Assembly (NCBI GenBank): GCA_934613415.1
Contig: CAKTSY010000001.1
Span: 450,001 to 482,000 of the forward strand
DNA: 32,000 nucleotides
From: an uncultured Opitutales bacterium
GTDB taxonomy: Bacteria > Verrucomicrobiota > Verrucomicrobiia > Opitutales > Intestinicryptomonadaceae
Direction: 5' to 3'
Below the pieces are notes generated by a model. It was not told the origin of the DNA and ran no database searches. It was given only the letters and a program-made list of their open reading frames with translations. Both the position numbers and the translations under genes were made by a program. This document shows positions 7,654 through 17,529 of the stretch, piece by piece. The number at the start of each line of letters is the position of its first letter. Position 1 is the first letter of the stretch.

Positions 7654-10461
7654 ATGAGTTCCGATTTTATAGAAATATGCAACGCGCGCGAGCACAACCT
7701 AAAGAATGTTTCGGTTAACATTCCGCGAAACAAGTTTACGGTTGTAACGGGCGTTTCTGGTTCGGGCAAGTCGTCGCTGGCGTTCGACACTCTCTACGCC
7801 GAAGGCTACCGAATGTATATGGAAAGCCTTTCGGTTGCGGCAAGAAAAATGCTAGAGCAAATGGGCAAGCCCGATGTAGACTACATAAAGTCGCTTTCGC
7901 CCGTAATAGCAATCGAGCAAAACCCCGTAAACTCGTCGCCCAGAAGCACGGTTGCAACCTCTACCGAGATTGCAGACTACGCAAGAATTATTTGGAGCAT
8001 TGTTGGCACACAAATTTGCCCCGCTTGCGGCGGGCTTATTAAAAGCCGAACAACCGACGAGTGCATAGACGAAATACTAAAATTTAACGGCAAAAAAATA
8101 TACATACTTGCGCACAAACACACCTGCAAGGCGTCTCTGGCAAGGGAAATAGTGAAGGAACTTGCCCAAAACGGCTGGCAAAGGCTGCGCATAAACGGCG
8201 AAATTTCGGAGATAGACGAAATTAAACTGCCCACAAAGGGCACGGTTGAAATCGACATTGTAGTAGACAGGCTTGTTGCCGACCCAGAAGACCGCGGCCG
8301 CATTGCCGACTCTACCGAGCTTGCGTTTAAAGAGGGCAACTCTTTTGCCCAAATTTTGCACGAATGCGACGACGGCTCGTATAAAGAGCTGACTTTAAGC
8401 AACAAGCTTTGCTGCGAAAAATGCGGCAAAATATACAACCCCGTTTCCGTAAGGCTTTTTTCGCACAACCACCCCGAGGGAGCCTGCCCCGTTTGCGAAG
8501 GCATAGGCTCGGTTATGGTGTTTAAGGAAGAACTTGTTGTTCCCGACAGCTCGCTAAGCATAAAGCAAGGGGCTATTAAGGCAATTAGAACGGGCCCGAA
8601 GTCTATGATTATACGCAACCGCGCACTGCTTAGGCAGCTTGCCCAGCAGGGAGCCATAGACTTGGAAAAACCTTGGCGCGAACTTTCTAAAGTCGAAAAA
8701 AACCTTGTTTTATACGGCGACGAAAAACGCCTGTTTTTGCTTAAGCCAAGACCCGGCAATGTAAAGCCAGTTTTAAAGCCTTTCGAAGGTTTTTTGCCGA
8801 TGCTAAAGCGCATTGCAGCCCACACTACAAGCGACAATCTGCGCCTAAGGCTAATGGCGTATCAGGTTTCGCAGCCCTGCCCCGAATGCGGGGGGTCTAG
8901 GCTGTCGCAAAGGGCAAGAAGCGTTTTTGTAGAAAACGTATCTTTCGACAAATTTATGGCAATGACAGTAAACGACGCATTGGCATTTATAAAAACGCTG
9001 AATTGCGAAAAATATAAATGCGTTGCCGACGCCGTAAAGGCCGTGATTTCACGCTTGGAATTCCTGCAAAAAACCGCCCTTTCGTACCTTACGCTAAACA
9101 GAGAGTTTTCGACACTGTCGGGCGGCGAAGAAGAAAGGGTTAGGCTTGCAACGCAATTCGGGCTGGGCTTAGTCGGGGTTACTTTTATTTTAGACGAGCC
9201 CAGCATTGGGCTTCACCCCGCCGACAACGAAGCTTTGATAAAGTCGCTTAAAGACCTGCGCGATTTGGGCAACACCCTTGTTGTTGTAGAGCACGACGAA
9301 TACGCAATGCGCAACGCCGACAACATTATAGAGCTTGGCCCACTTGCGGGCCAACAAGGCGGGCGTCTTATATTTAGCGGCACGCCCGAAAACTGCAAAA
9401 AGTGCCCCAATTCTCTTACGGGAATGTATTTGTCGGGGCAAAAGAAACTTATAAAGCCAAGCAAAGATTTTTGCGATTTTTCGCAATTTATAACCGTTAA
9501 GGGAGCCTGCGAACACAATCTAAAAAACATAGAGTCAAAATTCCCCATAGGCGCGCTTAGCGTTGTTTGCGGCGTTTCGGGCTCGGGCAAGTCTACGCTA
9601 ATTAGCGACATTTTGGCAAAGTCGGCGTCGATGAAACTTAACAACAGCAAAGACATTGCGGGCAAACACACAAAAATTACGGGGCTTGAAAATTTCGACA
9701 AATGCGTTGTTGTAGACCAGTCGCCCATAGGCAAAAGCCCCAGGTCGAATCCCGCAACATACACAAAAATATTCGACCACTTGCGCGCGCTTTTTGCGGC
9801 TACGCCAGCGGCAAAAATAAGGGGATATACCCCAGCAAGGTTTAGCTTTAACCTTAAGGGCGGCAGGTGCGAGCACTGTTCGGGCGACGGCTTTGTTGCC
9901 CTAGATATGCAGTTTTTGGGCGAAGTTTTTGTAAAATGCCCAAACTGCATGGGCAAACGCTACAACCGCGAAACGCTGGAGGTAAAATATAAGGGGCTTA
10001 ATATTTCCGAGGTGCTAGACCTTACCGTAGAAGAAGCCCTAAGCTTTTTTTCTGCGCACGAAAATATTTCAAGAATTTTGCAAACCTTAAAAGACGTGGG
10101 GCTTGGCTACATAAAATTGGGGCAGTCGGCAAACACGCTTTCGGGCGGCGAAGCCCAAAGAATGAAGCTTTCTCTAGAGCTTTCAAAACGCCAGCGCGGC
10201 AAAAACCTTTATATATTAGACGAGCCTACAACGGGCCTGCACTTCGAGGATATAGACAAGCTAGCCAAGCTTTTGTTTAAACTGCGCGACTTGGGCAACA
10301 CAATTATAATAATAGAACACCAGTGCGACATTATAAAAATGGCAGACTACGTTGTGGAACTGGGCCCTTGCGGCGGCGACAAAGGCGGCTACATTCTTTA
10401 TCAGGGTGCGCTCGGCGGCCTAAAAAAGCTAGATACACCCACATCTAAATTTTTAAAATAA
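7654..10461 (+). CDS. uvrA: Excinuclease ABC subunit A
   Basis: The 935-aa ORF has two ABC ATPase modules, with Walker A motifs [14 protein letters not shown] and [11 protein letters not shown] and signatures [13 protein letters not shown]. Zinc-finger Cys clusters (CPACGG, CxxC pairs) are also present. Confidence 0.95.
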   Translation: MSSDFIEICNAREHNLKNVSVNIPRNKFTVVTGVSGSGKSSLAFDTLYAEGYRMYMESLSVAARKMLEQMGKPDVDYIKSLSPVIAIEQNPVNSSPRSTVATSTEIADYARIIWSIVGTQICPACGGLIKSRTTDECIDEILKFNGKKIYILAHKHTCKASLAREIVKELAQNGWQRLRINGEISEIDEIKLPTKGTVEIDIVVDRLVADPEDRGRIADSTELAFKEGNSFAQILHECDDGSYKELTLSNKLCCEKCGKIYNPVSVRLFSHNHPEGACPVCEGIGSVMVFKEELVVPDSSLSIKQGAIKAIRTGPKSMIIRNRALLRQLAQQGAIDLEKPWRELSKVEKNLVLYGDEKRLFLLKPRPGNVKPVLKPFEGFLPMLKRIAAHTTSDNLRLRLMAYQVSQPCPECGGSRLSQRARSVFVENVSFDKFMAMTVNDALAFIKTLNCEKYKCVADAVKAVISRLEFLQKTALSYLTLNREFSTLSGGEEERVRLATQFGLGLVGVTFILDEPSIGLHPADNEALIKSLKDLRDLGNTLVVVEHDEYAMRNADNIIELGPLAGQQGGRLIFSGTPENCKKCPNSLTGMYLSGQKKLIKPSKDFCDFSQFITVKGACEHNLKNIESKFPIGALSVVCGVSGSGKSTLISDILAKSASMKLNNSKDIAGKHTKITGLENFDKCVVVDQSPIGKSPRSNPATYTKIFDHLRALFAATPAAKIRGYTPARFSFNLKGGRCEHCSGDGFVALDMQFLGEVFVKCPNCMGKRYNRETLEVKYKGLNISEVLDLTVEEALSFFSAHENISRILQTLKDVGLGYIKLGQSANTLSGGEAQRMKLSLELSKRQRGKNLYILDEPTTGLHFEDIDKLAKLLFKLRDLGNTIIIIEHQCDIIKMADYVVELGPCGGDKGGYILYQGALGGLKKLDTPTSKFLK

Positions 10462-10465
10462 GCAT

Positions 10466-11494
10466 ATGTTTTACTTTCTTTTTACCGTATTTTTAACTTT
10501 GGCGATTTCCGCCATATGCTCTATGATAGAAGCTATGGTTTTAAGCACAACCGCAGCCGAAATAGAAGCCCTTAAAAAAAGCCGCAAAAAGCTTGGGCTT
10601 ATGCTAGAAAATTTCATAAAAAACATAGGGCAAACAAGCTCGGCAATATTGGCGTTAAACACAATAGCCAACACGTTTGGGGCAACAACCGCGGGCATTT
10701 TATACGCAAATATGTTCCCAACCAAGGGGCTATGTTCCTACATATTTCCCGCCGCAATGACGCTTTCTATTTTGGTTCTGTCCGAAATTCTGCCCAAAAA
10801 TTTCGGCATAATATACCGCAAAAGCGTGCAAGTGCCGCTAATACCAGTGTTGGCTGCAATATGCATTGTAATGAAACCGATTTCTGCAACGCTTTCTAAA
10901 ATAGTTTCGCTTTTTGCAAAAAATGGCAACGTTTCAAAAACGGGCGATTCCGAAATTATTCTGCTTGCCGAAAAAGGCGCAAAAGAAGGCGTTATAAGCA
11001 TTCAGGAGCGCAACTTGGTATCGAACGCCCTTACCCTTGACGATGTTGCGGTTTCCGAAATAATGACGCCAAGAACCGTAGTGCTTTCGTTCGGCAAAAA
11101 CGAAAGCATTGGCAAAATTTTCAGGGAAAATTCTGATATAGCATTTTCCAGAATTCCCGTATACGACAAGTGGCGCGACAACATAGTGGGCATTGTGCGC
11201 CGCAGAGACATTATGCTGGCAAAGGCAAAAGACCAGGACTCGCATTTGGTCGGCGAATTTATGTCGCAGCCGCTGTTTGTGCCCGAAAACGGCAGCGCGC
11301 TTTCGGTTTTGCGCCAGCTTATTAGGGAGCACTCTAGGCTGGCCATTGCGGTAGACGAATTCGGCGCGTTTTCGGGCGTGATAACTTTGGAGGATATTTT
11401 CGAAAAGCTTGTAGGCTCGGAAATTTTCGAGAAAGACGACATTGCGGTAGATATGCGCGAACTGGCCAGGGAAAAGAGCGGCCGCAAAAAATAG
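10466..11494 (+). CDS. DUF21 + CBS-pair membrane protein (CNNM / HlyC-CorC family), without the usual C-terminal CorC_HlyC domain
   Basis: The N-terminal multi-TM region contains the SMIEAMVLS motif. A CBS-pair region follows (IMTPRTVV..., ...RLAIAVDEFGAFSGVITLEDIFEKLVG). The protein ends about 30 aa after the second CBS motif. Confidence 0.78.
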   Translation: MFYFLFTVFLTLAISAICSMIEAMVLSTTAAEIEALKKSRKKLGLMLENFIKNIGQTSSAILALNTIANTFGATTAGILYANMFPTKGLCSYIFPAAMTLSILVLSEILPKNFGIIYRKSVQVPLIPVLAAICIVMKPISATLSKIVSLFAKNGNVSKTGDSEIILLAEKGAKEGVISIQERNLVSNALTLDDVAVSEIMTPRTVVLSFGKNESIGKIFRENSDIAFSRIPVYDKWRDNIVGIVRRRDIMLAKAKDQDSHLVGEFMSQPLFVPENGSALSVLRQLIREHSRLAIAVDEFGAFSGVITLEDIFEKLVGSEIFEKDDIAVDMRELAREKSGRKK

Positions 11495-11555
11495 TCTTGA
11501 ACACAAGCCCTTAAAAATTCAAAAAAGTAGGAAAAACTTCGATATAAAAAATACC

Positions 11556-11786
11556 ATGAAAAATATTGCGCTAATTTTATCGGCCTTAACGGCAGTGTTT
11601 ACAATGTGGCTTTTGCAGGGTTGCGCCGCAACCGAGGGCATAGAACGCGACGCGCGCGACACGCCCATAGGCTCGGTTATTGCGGGAGACACAAAAAATT
11701 CGGACGAATACATACAGAGGGTAAAACAGCGCAACAAGGCGGCAACCAAAAGCGCGTGGCAACCAGAAAGCCCCGACAGAATGTAG
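11556..11786 (+). CDS. Small (76-aa) putative lipoprotein, uncharacterised
   Basis: The N-terminus MKNIALILSALTAVFTMWLLQGC has a lipobox-like LQGC. The ORF fills the otherwise empty gap before rlmN, and its stop lies 3 nt before the rlmN ATG. No obvious Shine-Dalgarno sequence is present. Confidence 0.45.
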   Translation: MKNIALILSALTAVFTMWLLQGCAATEGIERDARDTPIGSVIAGDTKNSDEYIQRVKQRNKAATKSAWQPESPDRM

Positions 11787-11789
11787 GCA

Positions 11790-12839
11790 ATGGACAAAAC
11801 CTGCATTTTCTCGCTAAGCTTTGAATCGCTGGAGCAAACCCTTTTGCAGTGGCGGCAACCCAAATACCGCGCAAAGCAGATTTGGGATTTTGTCTACACA
11901 AAATTCGTTTTCGACTTTAACGAGATGTCGGCATTGCCCAAAGACCTGCGCGCAAAGCTCGGCGAAAAATTTTTCTTTAGCGACGCGCATTTGGTTGCCG
12001 ACAAAAAATCAAAAAAAGACGCGGGCAAATTTTTGTTTTCGCTAGCCGACGGATTTTTTGTGGAATCGGTTTTGCTTACGGCTCCCGACTACGAAAGCGG
12101 CGAGTTGCGCAAAACCCTTTGCATTAGCACGCAGGTGGGCTGCGCGCAAAGCTGCAAATTTTGCGCTTCCACTTTAAACGGCTTTAAGCGCAACTTGTCG
12201 CTGGCCGAAATTATGGGGCAGTTTATCGCATTTTCGGAGCCAAACAAGGGCTTCGATTTTGAAAACATTGTTGTTATGGGAATGGGAGAGCCTTTGGCAA
12301 ATATGCAAAATATTTTGGCGGCGTTAAAAGTTGTGCACGAAAATTTCAAATTCGGCGCAAGGCGCATAACGCTTTCTACCTGCGGGCTTGCCGACAAAAT
12401 AAAAATTTTGGCGGAAAACGGTTTCCCCTACAGGCTGGCGGTTAGCCTGCACGGAGCAACAAACGAAGTGCGCAACCAAATTATGCCCGTAAACAAAAAG
12501 TTCCCGCTAGAGGAGCTTTTGCCTGCGCTTAAAATGTATTCAACAATCTGCAAAAGAATGCCGAGCCTTGAATATATTTTAATAGACAAAGTAAACGATT
12601 CGTTTAAAGACGCCGAACACCTTGCGCAAATAGCAAAAGATTTGCACGCGCACATAAACCTTATTCCCTACAATACGGTTGAAGCTTTAAACTGGAAACG
12701 CCCAAGTATGCAAAGGTGCAACGCCTTTTTGGAAACCTTAAAAAAGCATAAAGTTTCGGCAACGCTGCGAAGGGAAAAAGGTTCGGACATAGAGGCAGCC
12801 TGCGGCCAGCTTGCGCTGAAGGCGCAGGAGCAAAAATAG
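11790..12839 (+). CDS. rlmN: 23S rRNA/tRNA (adenine2503-C2)-methyltransferase, radical SAM
   Basis: Motifs YRAKQIWDFVY, the radical-SAM cluster CISTQVGCAQSCKFCAS, GMGEPLAN and the C-terminal DIEAACGQL are present. Confidence 0.9.
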   Translation: MDKTCIFSLSFESLEQTLLQWRQPKYRAKQIWDFVYTKFVFDFNEMSALPKDLRAKLGEKFFFSDAHLVADKKSKKDAGKFLFSLADGFFVESVLLTAPDYESGELRKTLCISTQVGCAQSCKFCASTLNGFKRNLSLAEIMGQFIAFSEPNKGFDFENIVVMGMGEPLANMQNILAALKVVHENFKFGARRITLSTCGLADKIKILAENGFPYRLAVSLHGATNEVRNQIMPVNKKFPLEELLPALKMYSTICKRMPSLEYILIDKVNDSFKDAEHLAQIAKDLHAHINLIPYNTVEALNWKRPSMQRCNAFLETLKKHKVSATLRREKGSDIEAACGQLALKAQEQK

Positions 12840-12852
12840 CAGCCAATAATTC

Positions 12853-12893
12853 AAAAAAAAATGCGAAAGGGAAAAAATCCATTCGCATTTTTT
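12853..12893. terminator. Bidirectional terminator between rlmN and lepB
   Basis: ATGCGAA (12861-12867) pairs with TTCGCAT (12882-12888). An A8 run precedes the stem and a T6 run follows it. Confidence 0.5.
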
Positions 12894-12900
12894 AATGCCT

Positions 12901-14181
12901 CTATTTTGTTGCTCCCCACCTTGAGGTAAAGGGATAGAAAATTATCATAGACTTTCCCACAATTGCCTTTTCTGGAACATAGCCCCAATAGCGGCTGTCT
13001 AGGCTGTTTGCCGAATTATCGCCCATTGCGTAGTAGTTGTGTGGGGGAATTTCAACCGAATTGCCGTCTTTTAAAGCGCCGTCTGCAACATAGCCGCAAT
13101 AAAGCCCCTCTTTTTCGAAATTCTTTTTAAAGGCTGGCGAACCCGTTATGGGTTTACCGTTTCTGTAAAGGACTGTTCCATCTATTTTAAGAGTGTCGCC
13201 GCCTTGGCCTACAAGCCTTTTAATGTAGTACCTGTCGTCGGGCACGCCCCCGTTGCGCTCGGTTAGGCCTTCGCAATATTTGGTAAGGAACACAATGGGC
13301 TCGCCTACTTTCGGTTTTCTAAAGTTATACGAAAACTTGTCTACAAACAGCATATCGCCACCTTGTATTGCAAAGTTTAAAAAGTTTTCGCCTTTTTTAA
13401 CTTCGCCCAAATTAAGCCAAAGCGAGCCGTTTTTTTCCACAAGATTTCCGTTTTTGCGCTGATTGTGCAAAGCCTCTATGTACGAAGCCATACTTTTGCC
13501 GTCGCTGCCAAGGGGGAAGGCTTTCATCATCAATTCTTCAAAATTAAAGTCGGCAGGCAGCGTAAGGTCGGTTTTTTGCCCGTTAACGTAAAACGAATAT
13601 ACCTTGTTTGCCGTGGGCCACACGCCAAGCAGATTCTTTTTAACGTAGTCGAACGCGAAAATCCCGTAGGTGGGGTTTATTTCTATATACAAATTTCCGC
13701 TTTCGGGGGCTTTTAATGTATATTGCGACTCCGAATATATCGCCCAATTAAAGGCCTTTTGGAAGATGTTAAAATGCTTGTCTTTGTCGTAGACAGTAGC
13801 GGTCATTCCGTAAAAGCTCGGGTACATCGAGTTTGTTGGAATTTTAAAGGGGCTTATAAAAAAGCTGCGCACCGACAATGCAAGTAAGCCTGCAACAACA
13901 ATGGTTTCTACATAGTCGGTAACTGTTGCCAAAGGATATATTTTGCCGCCGAACTTTTCCATAAGCGCGGTTAGCTTTCCTTTTATGTCGAAAAACTCTG
14001 GGGCGTCGTACTGCTTTTTAAGGATAAGTTCCTGTGCACTTTCAAGCAGCTGCAAATAGTTTTTGCAGTCGCTTTCGGGCATAAGGTCGCGCCTGTAGTT
14101 GTAGACCTTTTCAGCCTGCGAAAGAAAGTTTTTTGCGTCTTTTAAAGTTTCGCCCTTTTTGCCGAATAAAAAACCAAACAT
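12901..14181 (-). CDS. lepB: Signal peptidase I (S26A), long form with an N-terminal cytoplasmic extension and a large inserted periplasmic region
   Basis: The S26 boxes are present: PTNSMYPSF (catalytic Ser), GDMLFVDKFSY, YIKRLVGQGGDTL (catalytic Lys) and GDNSANSLDSRYWGYVP. The gene lies immediately downstream of lepA, which is the classical arrangement. Confidence 0.85.
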   Translation of the reverse strand: MFGFLFGKKGETLKDAKNFLSQAEKVYNYRRDLMPESDCKNYLQLLESAQELILKKQYDAPEFFDIKGKLTALMEKFGGKIYPLATVTDYVETIVVAGLLALSVRSFFISPFKIPTNSMYPSFYGMTATVYDKDKHFNIFQKAFNWAIYSESQYTLKAPESGNLYIEINPTYGIFAFDYVKKNLLGVWPTANKVYSFYVNGQKTDLTLPADFNFEELMMKAFPLGSDGKSMASYIEALHNQRKNGNLVEKNGSLWLNLGEVKKGENFLNFAIQGGDMLFVDKFSYNFRKPKVGEPIVFLTKYCEGLTERNGGVPDDRYYIKRLVGQGGDTLKIDGTVLYRNGKPITGSPAFKKNFEKEGLYCGYVADGALKDGNSVEIPPHNYYAMGDNSANSLDSRYWGYVPEKAIVGKSMIIFYPFTSRWGATK

Positions 14182-14186
14182 AGCCG

Positions 14187-15986
14187 TTATGCGTTAGATT
14201 TTAATACGTCCACAAAGGCCTCTTGCGGAATCGAAACCTTGCCTATTTGCTTCATGCGCTTTTTACCCTCTTTTTGCTTTTCAAGAAGCTTTCTTTTTCG
14301 GGTAATGTCGCCGCCGTAGCACTTTGCCAAAACGTCTTTGCGGTACGAGCCCAAAGTTTCCCTTGCAATAATCTTGCCGCCTATTGCCGCCTGAATTGCA
14401 ACCTTAAACATTTGTCTGGGCAAAATATCCTTAAGCTTTCCGCAAAGCATTCTGCCTTTGCTTTCCGCCTTTTCGCGGTGCACTATCGAAGAAAATGCGT
14501 CTATTTGCTCCGAATTTACAAGAATGTCGAGCCTTACTAGGTCGGAACGCTGGTAGCCATCTAAATCGTAGTCTAAGCTGCCGTAGCCGCGCGTTATCGA
14601 TTTTAATTTGTCGTTAAAATCAACCAAAATTTCGTTAAGCGGCATTTTGCAGGTAAGCATAACCCTTGTTTCATCTATATTGTCGGTATGCTCGCAATAG
14701 CCGCGCTTGTCGGAAATCAACGCCAGCATATCGCCTATAGACGACGACGGAATGTGTATATACGCTTTTATCATCGGTTCTTCGATATATTCTATCGTAG
14801 AAGGGTCTGGCAACTTAACGGGGTTATCTATTGTGTGCATTACACCGTCCGTTCCCATAACGTTGTATACAACCGAAGGATATGTTGAAATTATGTCGAG
14901 CGAATATTCCCTGCGCAGGCGTTCCTGCACAATTTCCATATGCAAAAGCCCCAAAAAGCCGCACCTAAAGCCAAAGCCCAACGCAACCGAAGATTCCGCC
15001 TGATATACCAAAGCAGAATCGTTTAGCTGCAGCTTTGCCAGCGAAACTTTAAGCTTTTCGTAGTCGCCCGTGTCTATGGGGTATATGCCCGCAAACACCA
15101 TTGGCTTTACATGCTTAAAGCCCGCCAACATTTCGGTGGCAGGATTTGCCGTAAGCGTAATTGTATCGCCAATTGGAACGTCGGAAACCTCTTTTATGTT
15201 CGTTACAATATAGCCCGTACAGCCCGCGTCTAGCGAAGCTTCGGCAGTCATAGAGGGCTTAAAGCAGCCAACTTCTTTTATGGTTGTTTGCGTGCGCTCG
15301 CTCATAAGCGTAATAGCGTCGCCCGCCTTAAACGAGCCCGAAAACACCCTAACAAAGCATATAACGCCCTTGTAGGTATCAAAAGTGCAGTCGAAAACAA
15401 GAGCGCGCGCCGTTTTGCTTTCGGCAAGTTTGGGTTCGGGCACGCGCTCTACAATGGCGTTTAAAATATCGTCTATACCTATGCCCGATTTGCCGCTGGC
15501 AAGAATTGCCTCTTCGGCTGGAATTGCCAAAATGTCTTCTATTTGGCGTTTGCAACGCTCTATATTTGCGCTGGGCAAGTCTACCTTGTTTATTACGGGA
15601 ATTATCGCAAGGTTTTGGCGCATTGCCAAATTTGCGTTTGCCATTGTTTGGGCTTCTACGCCCTGCGATGCGTCTATAAGCAGCAACGCACCTTCGCACG
15701 CCGCCAACGAGCGCGAAACTTCGTACGAAAAGTCGACGTGTCCGGGGGTGTCTATCAAATTTAAAAGGTAGTCTACCCCGTCTTTTTTATAGCGCATAGA
15801 AACGGGGTGGCATTTAATTGTAATGCCCCTTTCGCGCTCTAAATCCATAGAGTCTAAAAGCTGGTCTTGCATATCGCGCTTTTGAATTGTGTTTGTTCTT
15901 TCCAACAGTCTGTCGGAAAGTGTTGTTTTGCCGTGGTCGACATGCGCTATTATGCAAAAGTTGCGTATATTTTTTACGTTTTCCAT
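14187..15986 (-). CDS. lepA: Translation elongation factor 4 (LepA)
   Basis: This 599-aa ORF has IRNFCIIAHVDHGKTTLSDRLL (G1), DTPGHVDF (G3), NKVD (G4) and a LepA-type C-terminal domain (YRKDVLAKCYGGDITRKRKLLEKQKEGKKRM). Confidence 0.95.
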   Translation of the reverse strand: MENVKNIRNFCIIAHVDHGKTTLSDRLLERTNTIQKRDMQDQLLDSMDLERERGITIKCHPVSMRYKKDGVDYLLNLIDTPGHVDFSYEVSRSLAACEGALLLIDASQGVEAQTMANANLAMRQNLAIIPVINKVDLPSANIERCKRQIEDILAIPAEEAILASGKSGIGIDDILNAIVERVPEPKLAESKTARALVFDCTFDTYKGVICFVRVFSGSFKAGDAITLMSERTQTTIKEVGCFKPSMTAEASLDAGCTGYIVTNIKEVSDVPIGDTITLTANPATEMLAGFKHVKPMVFAGIYPIDTGDYEKLKVSLAKLQLNDSALVYQAESSVALGFGFRCGFLGLLHMEIVQERLRREYSLDIISTYPSVVYNVMGTDGVMHTIDNPVKLPDPSTIEYIEEPMIKAYIHIPSSSIGDMLALISDKRGYCEHTDNIDETRVMLTCKMPLNEILVDFNDKLKSITRGYGSLDYDLDGYQRSDLVRLDILVNSEQIDAFSSIVHREKAESKGRMLCGKLKDILPRQMFKVAIQAAIGGKIIARETLGSYRKDVLAKCYGGDITRKRKLLEKQKEGKKRMKQIGKVSIPQEAFVDVLKSNA

Positions 15987-16046
15987 TGTCCGATAAAGCC
16001 TTTATATTCTCAAACAAAATGCGCTCTATGCAACAAGATTTTCCAC

Positions 16047-16101
16047 AAAAAAAGCGTTGCCGCGCAAATTTAGCAAAGAATATTTGTTTTTTGCGCCGCA
16101 A
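16047..16101 (-). terminator. Second (distal) hairpin/T-tract downstream of rplS
   Basis: On the minus strand, TTGCGGCGCAAA and TTTGCGCGGCAA form a 12-bp stem with one mismatch. CGC and T7 (16053-16047) follow the stem. Confidence 0.35.
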
Positions 16102-16135
16102 AAAAAGCCCGACTACAAAAATAGCCGAGCTTTAA
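16100..16135 (-). terminator. Proximal rho-independent terminator of rplS
   Basis: On the minus strand, AAAGCTCGGCT-ATTTTTGT-AGTCGGGCTTT forms an imperfect hairpin followed by T7. It begins about 25 nt after the rplS stop. Confidence 0.5.
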
Positions 16136-16157
16136 CAAAGAAAAATGTTGCGCAAAA

Positions 16158-16517
16158 TTAGAACGCCAAGCGTTTTTCCTGAACCTTGTTGGCTTCTTTA
16201 CCAACTCTGTCGCGCAAGTAGTAGAGCCTAGAGGGCATAACTACAGATTCGCGGTCGACTTCAATCTTTTCGATGTTGGGCGAGTTTACGGGGAATACGC
16301 GTTCTACGCCTTCGCCGTAGGATATACGACGAACCGTAAAGGTTTCGTGTATGCCGCTGCCTTTGCGCGCGATTACTATGCCCGAAAACACCTGTATACG
16401 TTCCTTGTCGCCTTCTTTAACCTTGGCGTGTACGCGAACACCGTCGCCCACCTTAAACGAGGTAAGGTTCGACTTGATTTGGTCTTTCGTTATTTCCTTG
16501 AGTGTATCCTGATTCAT
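16158..16517 (-). CDS. rplS: 50S ribosomal protein L19
   Basis: From the ATG at 16517 the ORF encodes a 119-aa protein (MNQDTLKEI...). It contains [50 protein letters not shown] and [16 protein letters not shown] lies upstream of the start, which overlaps the trmD stop as ATGA. The ORF-track start at 16586 lies inside trmD. Confidence 0.9.
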   Translation of the reverse strand: MNQDTLKEITKDQIKSNLTSFKVGDGVRVHAKVKEGDKERIQVFSGIVIARKGSGIHETFTVRRISYGEGVERVFPVNSPNIEKIEVDRESVVMPSRLYYLRDRVGKEANKVQEKRLAF

Positions 16518-17194
16518 TTCGTTTCCTTTTTTAAAATATCCGGTCGTCTCTGTTGTGTTTTTTCCAGCTGGCGATTGCGCCTCCATTCGGCTATTTTAGC
16601 GTGGTCGCCCGACATCAGAACGTCTGGAACTTTCATTCCCTTAAATTCGAACGGTCTGGTGTATTGTGGAAAAGATAAAAGATTGTCGTTAAAAGAGTCG
16701 CTCGTCAAGGATTTTTCTTCGCCGAGCACCCCTTTTATATATCTTGCGGTTGCATCAACCAAAACCGCGGCGGGCAAAGTGCCGTTTGTAAGCACATAAT
16801 CGCCTATCGAAATTTCCCTGTCGATAAGCTTTTCGCGTATGCGCTCGTCTATGCCCTCGTAGTGGCCGCTTAGAATTATTATATGTTCTTTTGTCGAAAG
16901 CTCTTTCGCCAAAGCGGGCGTTAGCTTTTCGCCGTCTGGGCACATATAAATTCGCGTGCAGCCCTCGGTTTGTAGCTCTTCTATGGCGGCAAAGATTGGT
17001 TCGGGCTTCATAACCATTCCCGCACCCCCTCCAAAAGGACGGTCGTCGGTGGTTTTGTTTTTCGAAAAAGCCCAATCCCTTATATTGTGCACCCTAATGT
17101 CTAGCAGACCGTTTTTTTCGGCTCTGCCAAGCATACTTTCGCCGAAATACGCCTCGAGCATTTTCGGGAACAATGTCAATACATCTATGCGCAC
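16514..17194 (-). CDS. trmD: tRNA (guanine37-N1)-methyltransferase
   Basis: Motifs (V/M)[44 protein letters not shown] and [10 protein letters not shown] are present. I use the GTG at 17194. The ORF-track TTG at 17245 sits inside the upstream hairpin. The start is uncertain. Confidence 0.88.
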   Translation of the reverse strand: MRIDVLTLFPKMLEAYFGESMLGRAEKNGLLDIRVHNIRDWAFSKNKTTDDRPFGGGAGMVMKPEPIFAAIEELQTEGCTRIYMCPDGEKLTPALAKELSTKEHIIILSGHYEGIDERIREKLIDREISIGDYVLTNGTLPAAVLVDATARYIKGVLGEEKSLTSDSFNDNLLSFPQYTRPFEFKGMKVPDVLMSGDHAKIAEWRRNRQLEKTQQRRPDILKKETK

Positions 17195-17223
17195 CGCTAA
17201 AAGATAGGTTAAAATTGCAATCC

Positions 17224-17249
17224 AAAAAAAACCCGTTGTTTGCAACGGG
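17224..17249 (-). terminator. Intra-operon hairpin/T8 (terminator or attenuator) between rpsP and trmD
   Basis: On the minus strand, CCCGTTG-CAAA-CAACGGG forms a 7-bp stem (17249-17232). TTTTTTTT (17231-17224) follows immediately. Confidence 0.55.
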
Positions 17250-17274
17250 CTGTAAATTTCGTTAAGCCGAAAAA

Positions 17275-17529
17275 CTATTTGTTTTCAGCCGAAGCCTTTT
17301 TAATTAAAGACCTAACTGTGTCGCTGGGCTTTGCGCCAACGCTCTGCCAATATTTTGCACGTTCTACGTTCAATGTAAGGGCAACGTCTTTACCCGAGGG
17401 GCTGGGGTTGTAAGAGCCCAAGTTTTCTACAAACCTGCCGCTGTTGCGTGCGGAGCTTTCCGCTACAACTATTCTGTACTTGGGGGCGTGAACCGAACCG
17501 TGTCTTTGTAATCTGATTTTTAGAGCCAT
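17275..17529 (-). CDS. rpsP: 30S ribosomal protein S16
   Basis: The N-terminus MALKIRLQRHGSVHAPKYRIVVAESSARNSGRFVENLGSYNP is the canonical S16 sequence. The ORF is 84 aa. Confidence 0.95.
   Translation of the reverse strand: MALKIRLQRHGSVHAPKYRIVVAESSARNSGRFVENLGSYNPSPSGKDVALTLNVERAKYWQSVGAKPSDTVRSLIKKASAENK

Noticed and set aside
7977-8837. 286-aa ORF on the minus strand inside uvrA
   Set aside because: It is fully antisense to an intact, motif-rich uvrA. The translation is Ser/Leu/Pro-rich low-complexity sequence with no motifs. It is a typical shadow ORF of a long gene.
9213-9956. 247-aa minus-strand ORF inside uvrA containing 'DLPEPETP'
   Set aside because: This is the mirror image of the uvrA ABC module. 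DLPEPETP is simply the antisense reading of the Walker A motif GVSGSGKS. The same artefact appears in ORF 7524..7790. It is not a gene.
10934-11506. 190-aa and 161-aa minus-strand ORFs opposite the DUF21-CBS gene
   Set aside because: These are shadow ORFs opposite a well-supported CDS. Their translations are Arg/Phe/Asn-rich or Ser-rich and resemble no known protein.
15814-16135. ORFs 15814..16101 (-) and 15887..16135 (+) spanning the lepA/rplS intergenic region
   Set aside because: Both overlap the lepA 5' end out of frame and run through the terminator hairpins. Their translations are Arg/Lys/Cys/Phe-rich with no motifs. The region is better explained by terminators plus the lepA promoter.
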